A stretch of DNA of 64,000 bases from Patescibacteria group bacterium (GCA_041662565.1 JBAZSE010000001.1:65084-129083), one strand, 5' to 3'; shown: positions 17,915 to 27,244, counted from the stretch's first letter. Program-made: numbers and translations. Notes: generated by a model from the letters alone, not told the origin.

Positions 17915-20509
17915 ATGCTGACTAAAATAGAAAATATAAAATTTTGGCAAATATCTGCGCCAGAAACAGCTAAGGTGTTAGAAACAAATATTAAGGATGG
18001 ACTATCTACTCAAGAAGTAAAAGAACGTCTTAATGTATTTGGCAAAAATACTTTTGAAACATCAAAAAAGACCAGTAAGATTAAAATTTTCTTTAGCCAG
18101 TTAAAAAGTCCCTTAATCCTTGTTCTTATTATTGCCAGTATTGTTACTCTTGTTATTTCTCATTACCGAGATGCTATTTTTATTTTTATTGCCGTCATGG
18201 TAAATTCAGTTTTAGGTTTTTGGCAAGAAAACAAGGCCGAAAACGCTCTGGCTCAGCTTAAAACGTATCTTAAACAAAGAGCTCGGGTAATACGAGAAGG
18301 TAAAGAAAGGGAAATACACGCCGAAGAAATTGTGCCGGGGGATATTATCAGGCTTGCTCAAGGCGATCGTGTGCCGGCAGATGCCAGGGTTATTTTTGTT
18401 AATGATTTTCAGATCGATGAATCTATTTTAACAGGTGAATCTTTGCCGGTTGCGAAATCAACGGATAGCGTGCCGGGATCCGCAAATATCGCTGATCAAA
18501 GTTCAATGATCTTTGCCGGCACTCTGGTTACACAAGGCGTTTGCGCGGCTATAGTTTGCCGTACTGATGCCTATACTGAATTGGGAAAAATTGCCTCTCT
18601 TATTGAAAAATCCGGAAACGAAAAAACGCCTTTACAAAAAGCTATCATCAAATTTAGCGCTTATCTTAGCGTTTTACTTGGGTTGCTTACGCTCGCGGTT
18701 TTTATTATAGGTATTATTTCTGGTAAACCTTGGCTGGAAATGTTTTTAACGGCCGTAGCCATTGCTGTTTCGGCTATACCGGAAGGGTTGCCCATTTCTA
18801 TGACGGTTGTTTTGGCAATTGGAGTAGAAAGAATGGCTAAACGCAAAGGAGTGGTTCGTAAGCTTATCGCGGCCGAAACATTAGGCGGAACAACTGTTAT
18901 TTTAACCGATAAAACCGGTACTTTAACTATGGCTAAAATGGTGCTTTCGCAAATTATTCCTTTTAAATCAACCAAAGAAATAGTACTTAACCACGCTCTT
19001 GCTAATGCTAGCGTGGTAGTTGAAAATCCAGAAGATAAACCGGAGTTATGGCGAATGAATGGTAGAATGATGGAAACAGTTTTGGTGCAATCGGCAGCGC
19101 TTCGAGGCATTCCATTTGCGGAGCTCACGGATAAATCCCAGGTGTTGCAAACCATACCGTTTAACGCGGTTCAAAAATTTTCCGTTTCTCTTATAAAAGA
19201 AGAAGCTAGTCATCTGATGGTTTTATTTGGCGCGCCTGATATTTTATTGGCTCAATCATCTTTAAACGAAAATGATAAAAAAATAATTTTTGAGAAAATT
19301 GATTTATTGGCTTTGTCGGGCGAACGGGTTTTAGGTTTGGCTACTAAAACAATTAAACATACGGAAAATTTTTCTTTGGCTAAAGATTTAGATTTTTCCG
19401 ATTTATCTTTTGACGGGCTGATAACTTTTAGAGACCCAATCAGGCCGGGGATTAAACGCGTTATTGATCAGGTAAAGCAAGCTGGAATAAAAACAGTAAT
19501 AATGACCGGCGATCATCAGGGAACGGCCGTGGCCGTGGCTAAAGAGGTGGGTTTAAGCGTAACCGACGTGTCTGTTCTTGATGCTGCCGAGCTAGCGACT
19601 TTGTCTGACCAATCTTTACGAGAGCGACTTTCGTCTTTAACAGTAATATCCCGAGTTACGCCTTTTGACAAAATAAGGATAGTAAAGGCATTTCAGGAAT
19701 TAGGTGAAATTGTCGCTATGACCGGAGATGGAGTTAATGATGCGCCCAGCATTAAACAGGCTAATGTGGGTATTGCCATGGGGTCAGGGACAGAGGTCTC
19801 TCAAAGCGTGGCCGATTTAGTGCTTTTGGATGATAATTTTGAAACAATAGTTGCGGCTATTGAAGAAGGCCGGCAAATATTTGGTAATATACGGAAAGTT
19901 TTGGTTTATTTGCTTTCAAGCGTTGCTGACGAGCTTATTTTAATTGGCGGGTCGATACTTGCAGGCGTACCATTACCTTTAAACGCTTTGCAAATTTTGT
20001 GGGTCAATTTTTTTACTGATAGTTTTCCGGCTATTGCCTTTGCTTTCGAAAGCGATAAAAATTATCTTTTGCAAAAACCATCAGAGAAAGGTATGGTATT
20101 ATTTAATCCACTTATGAAATTTTTAATTTTAGTCATCGGCGTTTCTACCAGTGCTTTGCTTTTTGCTATTTATTTAATTTTATTACGAATGGGTTTTGAT
20201 CCGGCTCTTGTGACAACATTTATTTTTGCGGCTTTTGGCACTTATACGCTTATACTGGCTTTTTCGGTTAAAAGTTTGGATAAAAGTATTTTTTCATATT
20301 CCTTATTCTCAAATAAATATCTTACTGGCGCGATTGCCCTGGGTTTAATTCTTATGGCAGGGGCAATTTATGTTCCTGCCTTGCAAACGCTTTTTAATAC
20401 CAGGGCTTTGCCTTTTGGCTGGGTGGTTGGCATTGCTTTAGTGAGTATTCTTAATCTTATATTAATAGAAGCGGCCAAGTGGATCTTTAGGCGATTTAAG
20501 AAAAAATAA
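17915..20509 (+). CDS. cation-transporting P-type ATPase (P2-type, Ca2+/Mg2+-like)
   Basis: Motifs DKTGTLT, TGDHQGTAVAVA and MTGDGVNDAPSIKQANVGIAMG, with 10 predicted TM helices. I place the start at the ATG at 17915 (M31 of the track ORF), because the upstream 30 codons lie in repeat A. Confidence 0.9.
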   Translation: MLTKIENIKFWQISAPETAKVLETNIKDGLSTQEVKERLNVFGKNTFETSKKTSKIKIFFSQLKSPLILVLIIASIVTLVISHYRDAIFIFIAVMVNSVLGFWQENKAENALAQLKTYLKQRARVIREGKEREIHAEEIVPGDIIRLAQGDRVPADARVIFVNDFQIDESILTGESLPVAKSTDSVPGSANIADQSSMIFAGTLVTQGVCAAIVCRTDAYTELGKIASLIEKSGNEKTPLQKAIIKFSAYLSVLLGLLTLAVFIIGIISGKPWLEMFLTAVAIAVSAIPEGLPISMTVVLAIGVERMAKRKGVVRKLIAAETLGGTTVILTDKTGTLTMAKMVLSQIIPFKSTKEIVLNHALANASVVVENPEDKPELWRMNGRMMETVLVQSAALRGIPFAELTDKSQVLQTIPFNAVQKFSVSLIKEEASHLMVLFGAPDILLAQSSLNENDKKIIFEKIDLLALSGERVLGLATKTIKHTENFSLAKDLDFSDLSFDGLITFRDPIRPGIKRVIDQVKQAGIKTVIMTGDHQGTAVAVAKEVGLSVTDVSVLDAAELATLSDQSLRERLSSLTVISRVTPFDKIRIVKAFQELGEIVAMTGDGVNDAPSIKQANVGIAMGSGTEVSQSVADLVLLDDNFETIVAAIEEGRQIFGNIRKVLVYLLSSVADELILIGGSILAGVPLPLNALQILWVNFFTDSFPAIAFAFESDKNYLLQKPSEKGMVLFNPLMKFLILVIGVSTSALLFAIYLILLRMGFDPALVTTFIFAAFGTYTLILAFSVKSLDKSIFSYSLFSNKYLTGAIALGLILMAGAIYVPALQTLFNTRALPFGWVVGIALVSILNLILIEAAKWIFRRFKKK

Positions 20510-20577
20510 TTGCTGCTTAAAAATCCCAGGCAAGGCTTAAAAATTATTTACTTTAGGAATGAGTTGGAGTTAAAAAA

Positions 20578-20847
20578 GTGTCAAAAATTATTAAACTTGG
20601 TTATTTCATGATTATCAAAATTTTAGGTTCAGGTTGCCCTAGTTGCCAAAAGCTTGAGCAAAATGTTAAAAAGGCCATTGAGGAATTAGACCTTAATAAT
20701 ATTCAGATAGAAAAAGTGACTGATTACGAAAAAATGTCAGCTTATGGAATTATGAGCGTGCCGGCTTTAGTAATTGATGAACAAGTTAAAGCCTATGGGC
20801 AAGTTTTAACAGTTGAACAGATTAAAAAATTACTTGGCTATGTTTAA
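20578..20847 (+). CDS. thioredoxin-fold small protein (redox-active disulfide, CPSC)
   Basis: MIIKILGSGCPSCQKLEQNVKKA.. matches the TM0979-like small thioredoxin family. An alternative start is the ATG at 20608. Confidence 0.7.
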   Translation: MSKIIKLGYFMIIKILGSGCPSCQKLEQNVKKAIEELDLNNIQIEKVTDYEKMSAYGIMSVPALVIDEQVKAYGQVLTVEQIKKLLGYV

Positions 20848-21790
20848 AGTTTTTAGTGATTATTTACTTTATAATCTATTTAATTTGCAGGCTAATTCAA
20901 AATTAGCCGATGTTATTGAATTTTTTATTTATGATACGATCAAAATTTTTATTTTGTTAGCGGTGATTATTTTTATCGTGTCCGTGATCCGTTCATTTTT
21001 GCCTCCGGAAAAAATCCGTTTTATTCTTTCTCATAAAAATAAATACATAGGCAATGTTATTGCTTCTTTGCTTGGTATTATTACGCCTTTTTGTTCCTGC
21101 TCCGCCATTCCGTTATTTTTAGGATTTGTGCAAGCTGGCGTACCATTAGGAACAACCTTTTCTTTCCTTGTGGCTTCGCCAATGATCAACGAAGTGGCTT
21201 TGGTTTTGCTTTTAGGCATGTTTGGTTGGAAAATTGCCTTAGCCTATATTTTTAGTGGATTGGTTATTGCTATCTTGTCCGGTATCATCATTGGAAAAAT
21301 GAAAGTTGAGAATTTAGTTGAACCTTTTGTCTATCAGAATTCCATTAATGCTAAAATCAACCTGCCAAATATGGTTTGGCCGGATCGGTTAATTTACGCT
21401 AAAAATTATACTTGGGATATTATTAAAAAAGTTTGGCCGTATATCATTATCGGCATTGCTCTTGGTGCGTGGATACACGGCTATGTGCCGACTGACTTTT
21501 TAGCCAAGTATGCTGGCGCTGACAAATGGTACGCTGTGCCATTCGCTGTCCTTATCGGTATTCCTCTTTACTCTAACGCCGCCGGTATTATTCCTTTAGT
21601 GGGAGCGTTGGCTGAAAAAGGCGTGGCCATGGGCACCACTTTAGCTTTTATGATGGCTGTTACCGCCCTATCTTTACCAGAGTTTATGATTTTAAAGAGG
21701 GTGATGAAAATCAAGCTTATTTTAATTTTTGCTGGCATTGTTGGGGTGGGAATTATCTTTACGGGCTACTTGTTTAATTGGATGTTGTAG
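20813..21790 (+). CDS. permease, DUF318/ArsP-like family
   Basis: Multi-TM protein with a CSCSAIP motif. The pairing with an upstream small thioredoxin is typical for this family. An alternative start at 20840 would overlap the upstream stop (ATGTTTAA). Confidence 0.7.
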   Translation: MNRLKNYLAMFKVFSDYLLYNLFNLQANSKLADVIEFFIYDTIKIFILLAVIIFIVSVIRSFLPPEKIRFILSHKNKYIGNVIASLLGIITPFCSCSAIPLFLGFVQAGVPLGTTFSFLVASPMINEVALVLLLGMFGWKIALAYIFSGLVIAILSGIIIGKMKVENLVEPFVYQNSINAKINLPNMVWPDRLIYAKNYTWDIIKKVWPYIIIGIALGAWIHGYVPTDFLAKYAGADKWYAVPFAVLIGIPLYSNAAGIIPLVGALAEKGVAMGTTLAFMMAVTALSLPEFMILKRVMKIKLILIFAGIVGVGIIFTGYLFNWML

Positions 21791-21872
21791 TTGATAAAGC
21801 TACGTTTATTATGATACCAAGTTTGATCAAGTGTACTCACACTAAGTGAGTGGTATTCTGAAACAAATTCAA

Positions 21873-21912
21873 GGGGGAACGGACAAGTGTCGTTCCCCCT
21901 CTTTTTATTTTC
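21873..21912 (+). terminator. rho-independent terminator (module also seen at 31986)
   Basis: GGGGGAACGAC aagt GTCGTTCCCCC followed by TCTTTTTATTTT. Confidence 0.7.
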
Positions 21913-22004
21913 ATCGCCCTTGACAATCAGCTTAAAATTTTGTTAAGTTCAGATTGTTTATTGTAAATTCACACACCCCAAAACCCTATTACTATGAGGT
22001 TGCA

Positions 22005-23066
22005 ATGACAGAGGTTCTGATTGTAATTAACCCTGGTTCCACTTCGACGAAATTCGCCGTATGGAGCCGGGAATATTGCGTTTCGGAGCAGGTTGTCCGC
22101 CATGAGGCGAGTCAGCTGGCTCCGCGCGCGGTGGATCAGTTTGACTATCGGCGTGAGCTGATAGATCAGGCGCTTGAGCCGTTGCTCAAGGACTCGGAAG
22201 TGATTGGCGTGGTTGGCCGAGGCGGCTTGCTTAAGCCATTGGCGGGAGGTACTTACCTGGTCAATCAGGCAATGCTTGGCGATCTTAATCTGCCAACGAC
22301 TGGCAACCACGCCTCCAACCTGGGAGCCATACTTGCCTATCACTATGCCCAACGTTTCAGGGTGGATGCCTTTGTGGTGGATCCGGTCACGGTGGACGAG
22401 TTTCTGCCGTTTTCCCGACCAAGTGGCGTTGTTTGGTTCGAGCGAAAAAGCCGTTCTCACGCGCTGAACATTAAATACTCGGTCAACCGAGCGGCTCATG
22501 AGATCGACAAACCGCTCAGCAGAACCCGTTTCGTGGTGGCGCATCTCGGCGGTGGAACTTCCATTGCGGCTGTTCAATTCGGCCGAATCATTGATGTTAA
22601 TGATGCCCTGGCTGGTATGGGGCCTTATTCGCCGGAACGCGCCGGAGCTTTGCCAATCGGCCCGTTGGTCAAGTACGTTCTTGAATCGGGTGCTACCTAT
22701 GAGCAGTTGATTCACGAATTGACCAAGAGATCGGGATTGATGGCTTACTGCGGCACCTCGGATGTACGGGAAGTTATGGTCCAAATTCGAAACGGCAACG
22801 CACAAGCCGCGCTTGCCTTTGGGGCCATGATTTATCAGGATGCCAAAGAAATCGGTGCCATGGCTGTGGCACTGCAAGGCCAACTTGATGCCGTAATCAT
22901 TACCGGCGGGTTGGCGCATTCTCACGATGTCATCCAAACTCTACGGCCGTATATCGAACATCTTGGCCCGATCATCGTTTATCCGGGCGAAGGCGAGCTG
23001 GAAGCTCTGGCCGCCGGGGCTTTCCGCGTGCTTGATGGCGTGGAACCGCCCATAATTTACGTCTAA
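22005..23066 (+). CDS. buk: butyrate kinase / short-chain acyl kinase (ASKHA family)
   Basis: Motifs VLIVINPGSTSTKFAVW, HLGGGTSIAAV and ITGGLAHS. By eye GC is distinctly higher (~55-58%) than the window average. The start is placed at M18 because of a GAGG RBS. The antisense ORF 21969..22937 is rejected. Confidence 0.85.
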   Translation: MTEVLIVINPGSTSTKFAVWSREYCVSEQVVRHEASQLAPRAVDQFDYRRELIDQALEPLLKDSEVIGVVGRGGLLKPLAGGTYLVNQAMLGDLNLPTTGNHASNLGAILAYHYAQRFRVDAFVVDPVTVDEFLPFSRPSGVVWFERKSRSHALNIKYSVNRAAHEIDKPLSRTRFVVAHLGGGTSIAAVQFGRIIDVNDALAGMGPYSPERAGALPIGPLVKYVLESGATYEQLIHELTKRSGLMAYCGTSDVREVMVQIRNGNAQAALAFGAMIYQDAKEIGAMAVALQGQLDAVIITGGLAHSHDVIQTLRPYIEHLGPIIVYPGEGELEALAAGAFRVLDGVEPPIIYV

Positions 23067-23089
23067 GTCGGTTGAACTTCAACCGTTTC

Positions 23090-23127
23090 CGGTTAGTCAA
23101 GCAATTGTTTGGCTAACCGTTTTTTTA
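23090..23127 (+). terminator. rho-independent terminator after buk
   Basis: CGGTTAG..16 nt..CTAACCG followed by TTTTTTT. Confidence 0.5.
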
Positions 23128-23136
23128 TTTACGGAA

Positions 23137-23166
23137 TAAAAAAACCTGTTCCATGAGGAACAGGTT
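23137..23166 (-). terminator. rho-independent terminator for the minus-strand 635-aa gene
   Basis: ACCTGTTCC atga GGAACAGGT is preceded on the + strand by an A-run, which is a T-run on the minus strand. Confidence 0.6.
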
Positions 23167-23173
23167 GGTTAAA

Positions 23174-25081
23174 CTACCTTAGGCGCAATAGGCCCCTAAT
23201 CACATCCTCCTTAAAGCGATGAGGGCTGGTGTGCCTAAAATGAATAACCTGGCGGCGATGCGCCAAGAGAGAAAAAGTGACTTTATGGCTGGTGCAGGCG
23301 ATAAAGTGAAGAAACAGCGTTTCCTCTCCGGCCTGCTTGCCCAATTCAACGGCGGTCATCAGGTTTTCAAACGGATTAATGAATTTGATGTTGTAAGCAC
23401 CAAACTCCTTAATGACTGAGGCCAAGGCGGTTTCTTTACCCGAAAGCCCTCCACCGATGACGACAATTTTTAACCGGTTGACCATGGGCCAATAAAGCGT
23501 TGGATCAAGATCGGTCGGTGTCAGCTGTTTGGCTGGCAATCGCAGAATTGTGGCAGTGGCTAAAGAATCGCCGGCTAAGATAGCTTGCATGAATCGGCTG
23601 TTAGGGCTCAGCAGATTTTTTAGATCTCCCCGTTTTAGCAGATAGCTGATCGTCAGCTTGTCATCCGAGAGAGCCAGTAAAACAAAAGCCAAACGATCCA
23701 GATAAGCTGAGGTTAACTTGTCAAGATCAGGGCAATCTTCTTTGGTTAGCATCAATCTAACTCGGCGTTCCGCTTCTTGACGTCGGTTCAGTTCTGCTTG
23801 AGCTGGTGCGCTGGCCACTGGTTCGGCAAAAAATGCGATCTGTTTGCCCGTGGCTTCTGACTTAGTGTTTCCTTCTCGCTCAATTTTTTGCCAGGCATCC
23901 AGCAGATAGAACAGCTCTCGTTGCCGTTCTAAGAGTGGGGCAATCTTATTAGTTTGTCCAACGGCAATCCGATAGGCAGATTTGAGACGATTCAGTTCAT
24001 CGCCAACAACCTTGGGCCTTATTTTTTGCCAAAGCAAATCAGCTTGATGGCTGAAGTTTTCCGCCAGTTGAACATCGCGGATTCGTTGGCAGGCCGCCCT
24101 GATCTTTAATCTGGCTCGCTGGGTTTTAAGCGGTAACATCAAAAAGCCCAGGTTAGACCAGATCAGCCGGAAAAACATCGGCCAGGTAAGGATGATTCCA
24201 GTTGGCCTGATTTCTTCTTGGATCACGGAATACAAGCCAGGTCTAATTAGGCAGAAAAGACAGAAAGCCAGAATAGCCAGAATGGCAATTAGAGTGAGTC
24301 TGTAGCCCTGGTTTTTCTGACGAACATATTCTTCATGTTGGTTAATGAAGAAGTGACTGTAGGCCAGAATCCAGTTGGCGTTAATGGCGTCATGCTGAGT
24401 TTGCAGGTCTTGTAAATTTTCCTTATTAAGCGTGCTATCCGGTTTATCACTAAACAGGATAATGCCGCTTAAAGTGTAGTAGACCCCGGCAAAGCATTTT
24501 AGCATGGCCAACTCCTCGGGTTGATAAGCGACTTTCATTACTTGCCTTTTGTGAATGTCCTCATCAAGGTTATAGTTGCACCATTGGCCAATCTGCTCTT
24601 TAAAAGCGGTGGCCAATTTCTCTAAGCTCACTTGGCGTTTGTTAGCAGCTTTTTCCATAAAGGTTCGGCTGAACTTAACGCCTGTGATAGTAAAGCAGTC
24701 AGGAGCCGAGTCAAAGTTCTGGTAAAAGATGGTGACCAATGGCGGTGAATTTGGATCAACAGGATCGATTTGGCTCAAGTCAGTCATTTCCTTAACTGGC
24801 TTAAGCGCAATCATTGGATTGCTGTTGGGCCAAAGCAGGCCTAGATATCTCACTAGAACATTCAGGTTGAAATCAACCATGGCTCGTGGATTGTCGTGAA
24901 CGCCAAGAATCTCTCTGTCGGTAATAAAAATGCCAGTACTTGTCAGGCGTGATTTGCCATAGAAATCAGTCGTGTTCTTGGTTAAAGAACCCCACTGAAA
25001 TCCGGTAAAAACAATGATGGCAACAGCCAGCAGTTTTGCCGACCAAGCCAGCATTTTGATAGAAAACGTCGATCGATTCAT
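23174..25081 (-). CDS. hypothetical membrane protein with C-terminal Rossmann-like (GGGxxGK) domain
   Basis: ORF of 635 aa with an N-terminal signal/TM and a second TM at ~aa 270. The C-terminal motif is KIVVIGGGLSGKETA. By eye GC is moderately high. Confidence 0.45.
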   Translation of the reverse strand: MNRSTFSIKMLAWSAKLLAVAIIVFTGFQWGSLTKNTTDFYGKSRLTSTGIFITDREILGVHDNPRAMVDFNLNVLVRYLGLLWPNSNPMIALKPVKEMTDLSQIDPVDPNSPPLVTIFYQNFDSAPDCFTITGVKFSRTFMEKAANKRQVSLEKLATAFKEQIGQWCNYNLDEDIHKRQVMKVAYQPEELAMLKCFAGVYYTLSGIILFSDKPDSTLNKENLQDLQTQHDAINANWILAYSHFFINQHEEYVRQKNQGYRLTLIAILAILAFCLFCLIRPGLYSVIQEEIRPTGIILTWPMFFRLIWSNLGFLMLPLKTQRARLKIRAACQRIRDVQLAENFSHQADLLWQKIRPKVVGDELNRLKSAYRIAVGQTNKIAPLLERQRELFYLLDAWQKIEREGNTKSEATGKQIAFFAEPVASAPAQAELNRRQEAERRVRLMLTKEDCPDLDKLTSAYLDRLAFVLLALSDDKLTISYLLKRGDLKNLLSPNSRFMQAILAGDSLATATILRLPAKQLTPTDLDPTLYWPMVNRLKIVVIGGGLSGKETALASVIKEFGAYNIKFINPFENLMTAVELGKQAGEETLFLHFIACTSHKVTFSLLAHRRQVIHFRHTSPHRFKEDVIRGLLRLR

Positions 25082-25202
25082 TTTCTCTCTCCAATAGGTT
25101 GTAAGGAACTATTTTGTCCGCTTCGCCAAAAGAGCGAGGCGAGTTTGACAAGAAAAATTAACATAAAAAGTTGATTCAGTCAAGATTTTAAGACTTGACA
25201 GT

Positions 25203-25226
25203 AATGTTAGAATAATCTAACATTAA
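25203..25226. promoter_or_regulatory. palindromic operator candidate overlapping the promoter of the membrane-protein/XRE-regulator operon
   Basis: TAATGTTAGA ATAAT TCTAACATTA has perfect 9-10-bp arms. It lies immediately 3' of a TTGACA at 25195-25200. Confidence 0.45.
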
Positions 25227-25252
25227 GATAGTTAATCATTAACCTATTAATC

Positions 25253-25627
25253 ATGACTCTTAAAAGTTTTACTTTAGTCAGGACAGCCACGGCTTTTGTT
25301 TTGGCTATCACCATCTCTTTGTTTATTGTCCGCGGTAATTTTTATCTGCCTTTGGCGGCCATGGCCGCGGCCGTGGTAGTTTTGTTGTTTGCCAAAAGCA
25401 AGGTTAAAGATGTTTTGTATGACGAGCGCGATTTGTTGCTGGCAGGTAAGGCGGCCATGTACTCAATTAAAATTTACGGCTTGCTGGCCGCTAGTTTGGT
25501 TATGGTTTTGTTGGCCCTTAAAAAAGGCGATCCTGTTTGGGAGCCGGTTGGTTCAGCCCTAGCTTATTCTGTCTGTTTTTTGCTGGTTTTGTACAGTTTG
25601 TTTTATAAATTTTTGGCCAGAAAATAA
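25253..25627 (+). CDS. small membrane protein (3-4 TM), partner of the downstream XRE regulator
   Basis: ORF of 124 aa and hydrophobic. It is separated by 3 nt from the HTH gene, which suggests an operon. Confidence 0.5.
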   Translation: MTLKSFTLVRTATAFVLAITISLFIVRGNFYLPLAAMAAAVVVLLFAKSKVKDVLYDERDLLLAGKAAMYSIKIYGLLAASLVMVLLALKKGDPVWEPVGSALAYSVCFLLVLYSLFYKFLARK

Positions 25628-25630
25628 TCT

Positions 25631-25825
25631 ATGACCAATAAAGTTAAAGAGTTAAGGCAAAAATTTAATTTAACCCAGGAAGATTTAGCCCGCCAAGTTG
25701 GCGTTAGGCGAGAAACCATTGTTTTTTTGGAGCAGAATAAATATATTCCTTCCTTAAAACTAGCCTTTGATCTAGCTGGTATTTTTAAAACCACAGTTGA
25801 TGATTTATTCAGTTTTAAAGATTGA
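25631..25825 (+). CDS. XRE-family (Cro/CI-type) HTH transcriptional regulator
   Basis: The HTH reads LTQEDLARQVGVRRETIVFLEQNKYIPSLKLAFDLAGIF. Confidence 0.8.
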   Translation: MTNKVKELRQKFNLTQEDLARQVGVRRETIVFLEQNKYIPSLKLAFDLAGIFKTTVDDLFSFKD

Positions 25826-25850
25826 TTTTAGCCGTAAATTTTTTAATAAT

Positions 25851-26150
25851 ATGGAAATTAATTTAGAAAATTTTTTGTTTTCACCGTCTGTTTATATTTT
25901 AGCCGTTTACTTGGCGATAAATTTATTCGCTTTTTTGGCTATGTGGTGGGATAAGCAAAAATCCATTGATCACAACAGGCGTATTCCCGAAGGCAAGTTG
26001 TTATTTTGGGCCATGGCTTTTGGCGCTTTAGGCGTTGGCTTGGGTATGCTGTGTTTTAGGCATAAAATCAGAACCTGGTATTTTTATTTGGGCGTGCCGT
26101 TGGCTTTAATGACCAACATTATTGTTTTAAGATTTTTTAGCGTCATTTGA
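25851..26150 (+). CDS. DUF1294-family small membrane protein
   Basis: The motif WWDKQKSIDHNRRIPEGKLL matches the WDK..A..RIPE signature I recall for DUF1294. The start is placed at the internal Met (MEINLENF). Confidence 0.6.
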   Translation: MEINLENFLFSPSVYILAVYLAINLFAFLAMWWDKQKSIDHNRRIPEGKLLFWAMAFGALGVGLGMLCFRHKIRTWYFYLGVPLALMTNIIVLRFFSVI

Positions 26151-26227
26151 TTTAGATATAGATTTCTGCGCTAAGTTGCTAATAAAAAAAGGCGCTCATC
26201 CGGTAAAAGACGAGCGCGAAGGTGGGT

Positions 26228-27097
26228 TTATTTTTTGCACACAATCAGTCGGACTTTTAGGTCTTCATAATTGAGGTAAAATATGCCCCAAGGCGAGGCC
26301 ACAAAATGGCAGCAACCTTTAGGGGTAGATACCCTAATCGGCGCGATGCCACTTTTTGGCCAAGGCCAGAGTAAGAGTTCGGATTCCTCTTTATAGACAA
26401 CGCCCCATTCGGTTGTCTCGTAGAAGTAACCAAACCTCGGCGTAGGATTGGATTTGGAGCTTTTATGGCCTTTCACAAAAAGGCGCAGGAAGCGAATTTG
26501 GCCAATTTCTGTCGGCCTGATTTTTTGACCTGGTGTAGTGGCTAATGCTTGGCTGACTACGCCATCCCAATTAAGGATCGAGCGGAGACGTATCCCAGAG
26601 GATCCTTCTAGGATTTTATGAACATACTTCGCCGGCCGAAGATGCTGTAGCGGAATCTCCAAGGGCAGGGGAGTTTCTACCCCTTGCCAGTTGGTCAGGA
26701 AAAATTCCTTCTCACGTTTGTTGATTACTCCTTCCGCGGTACAGAACCAGTCTGCCGACAACTGGATAATTGCCACGTTGCAATCGCGTCTGCTAAGGTC
26801 AGACCAGCTTAGGTGCGGCATGTCTGCATCTTCAAATAGGCGGATCAGCTTGTCATCGGGAGTTAGAAACCAACCCCTAGAGAGAATACCTTCTCCCTCT
26901 ACATCATTCTCAAAACTTCGCCATTGGCGACCCTCCCAGTTCCAGAATTGAACCAGGCCATTGTGATTTTCGGTCGCCACACCCTTGGAGCAGACCTCAA
27001 GTTGCGAAATTTTACCCGTTAGGGTAATTGGCAATTCAATAATGCTGCCGTGTTCGGTATTGCCGATGATCTGCGCAATCCTAATGGCTTTGGCCAT
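26228..27097 (-). CDS. hypothetical protein (moderately GC-rich)
   Basis: ORF with no recognisable family. The start is placed at MAKAIRIA, which has an AAAGG RBS 8 nt upstream. Confidence 0.4.
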   Translation of the reverse strand: MAKAIRIAQIIGNTEHGSIIELPITLTGKISQLEVCSKGVATENHNGLVQFWNWEGRQWRSFENDVEGEGILSRGWFLTPDDKLIRLFEDADMPHLSWSDLSRRDCNVAIIQLSADWFCTAEGVINKREKEFFLTNWQGVETPLPLEIPLQHLRPAKYVHKILEGSSGIRLRSILNWDGVVSQALATTPGQKIRPTEIGQIRFLRLFVKGHKSSKSNPTPRFGYFYETTEWGVVYKEESELLLWPWPKSGIAPIRVSTPKGCCHFVASPWGIFYLNYEDLKVRLIVCKK

Positions 27098-27193
27098 GTG
27101 ATACCTTTCAGTTAAACTTTGAACGAACAAGAACAACTTTGGATAATATCATTTTTTAAACAGATTGTCAATTATTTAAATAATTTAAGTAAA

Positions 27194-27222
27194 CAAAAAA
27201 CCCTCACCGAGACGGTGGGGGT
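27194..27222 (-). terminator. rho-independent terminator after cspA-like gene
   Basis: CCCTCACCG aga CGGTGGGGG hairpin with a flanking A-run on the + strand. Confidence 0.55.
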
Positions 27223-27244
27223 TCTTAGTAAACTACGTTTAGTA

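Noticed and set aside
18661-19155. 164-aa minus-strand ORF
   Set aside because: Antisense to the P-type ATPase.
21969-22937. 322-aa ORF on - strand
   Set aside because: Antisense shadow of butyrate kinase in a GC-rich segment. The + strand ORF has clear ASKHA motifs.
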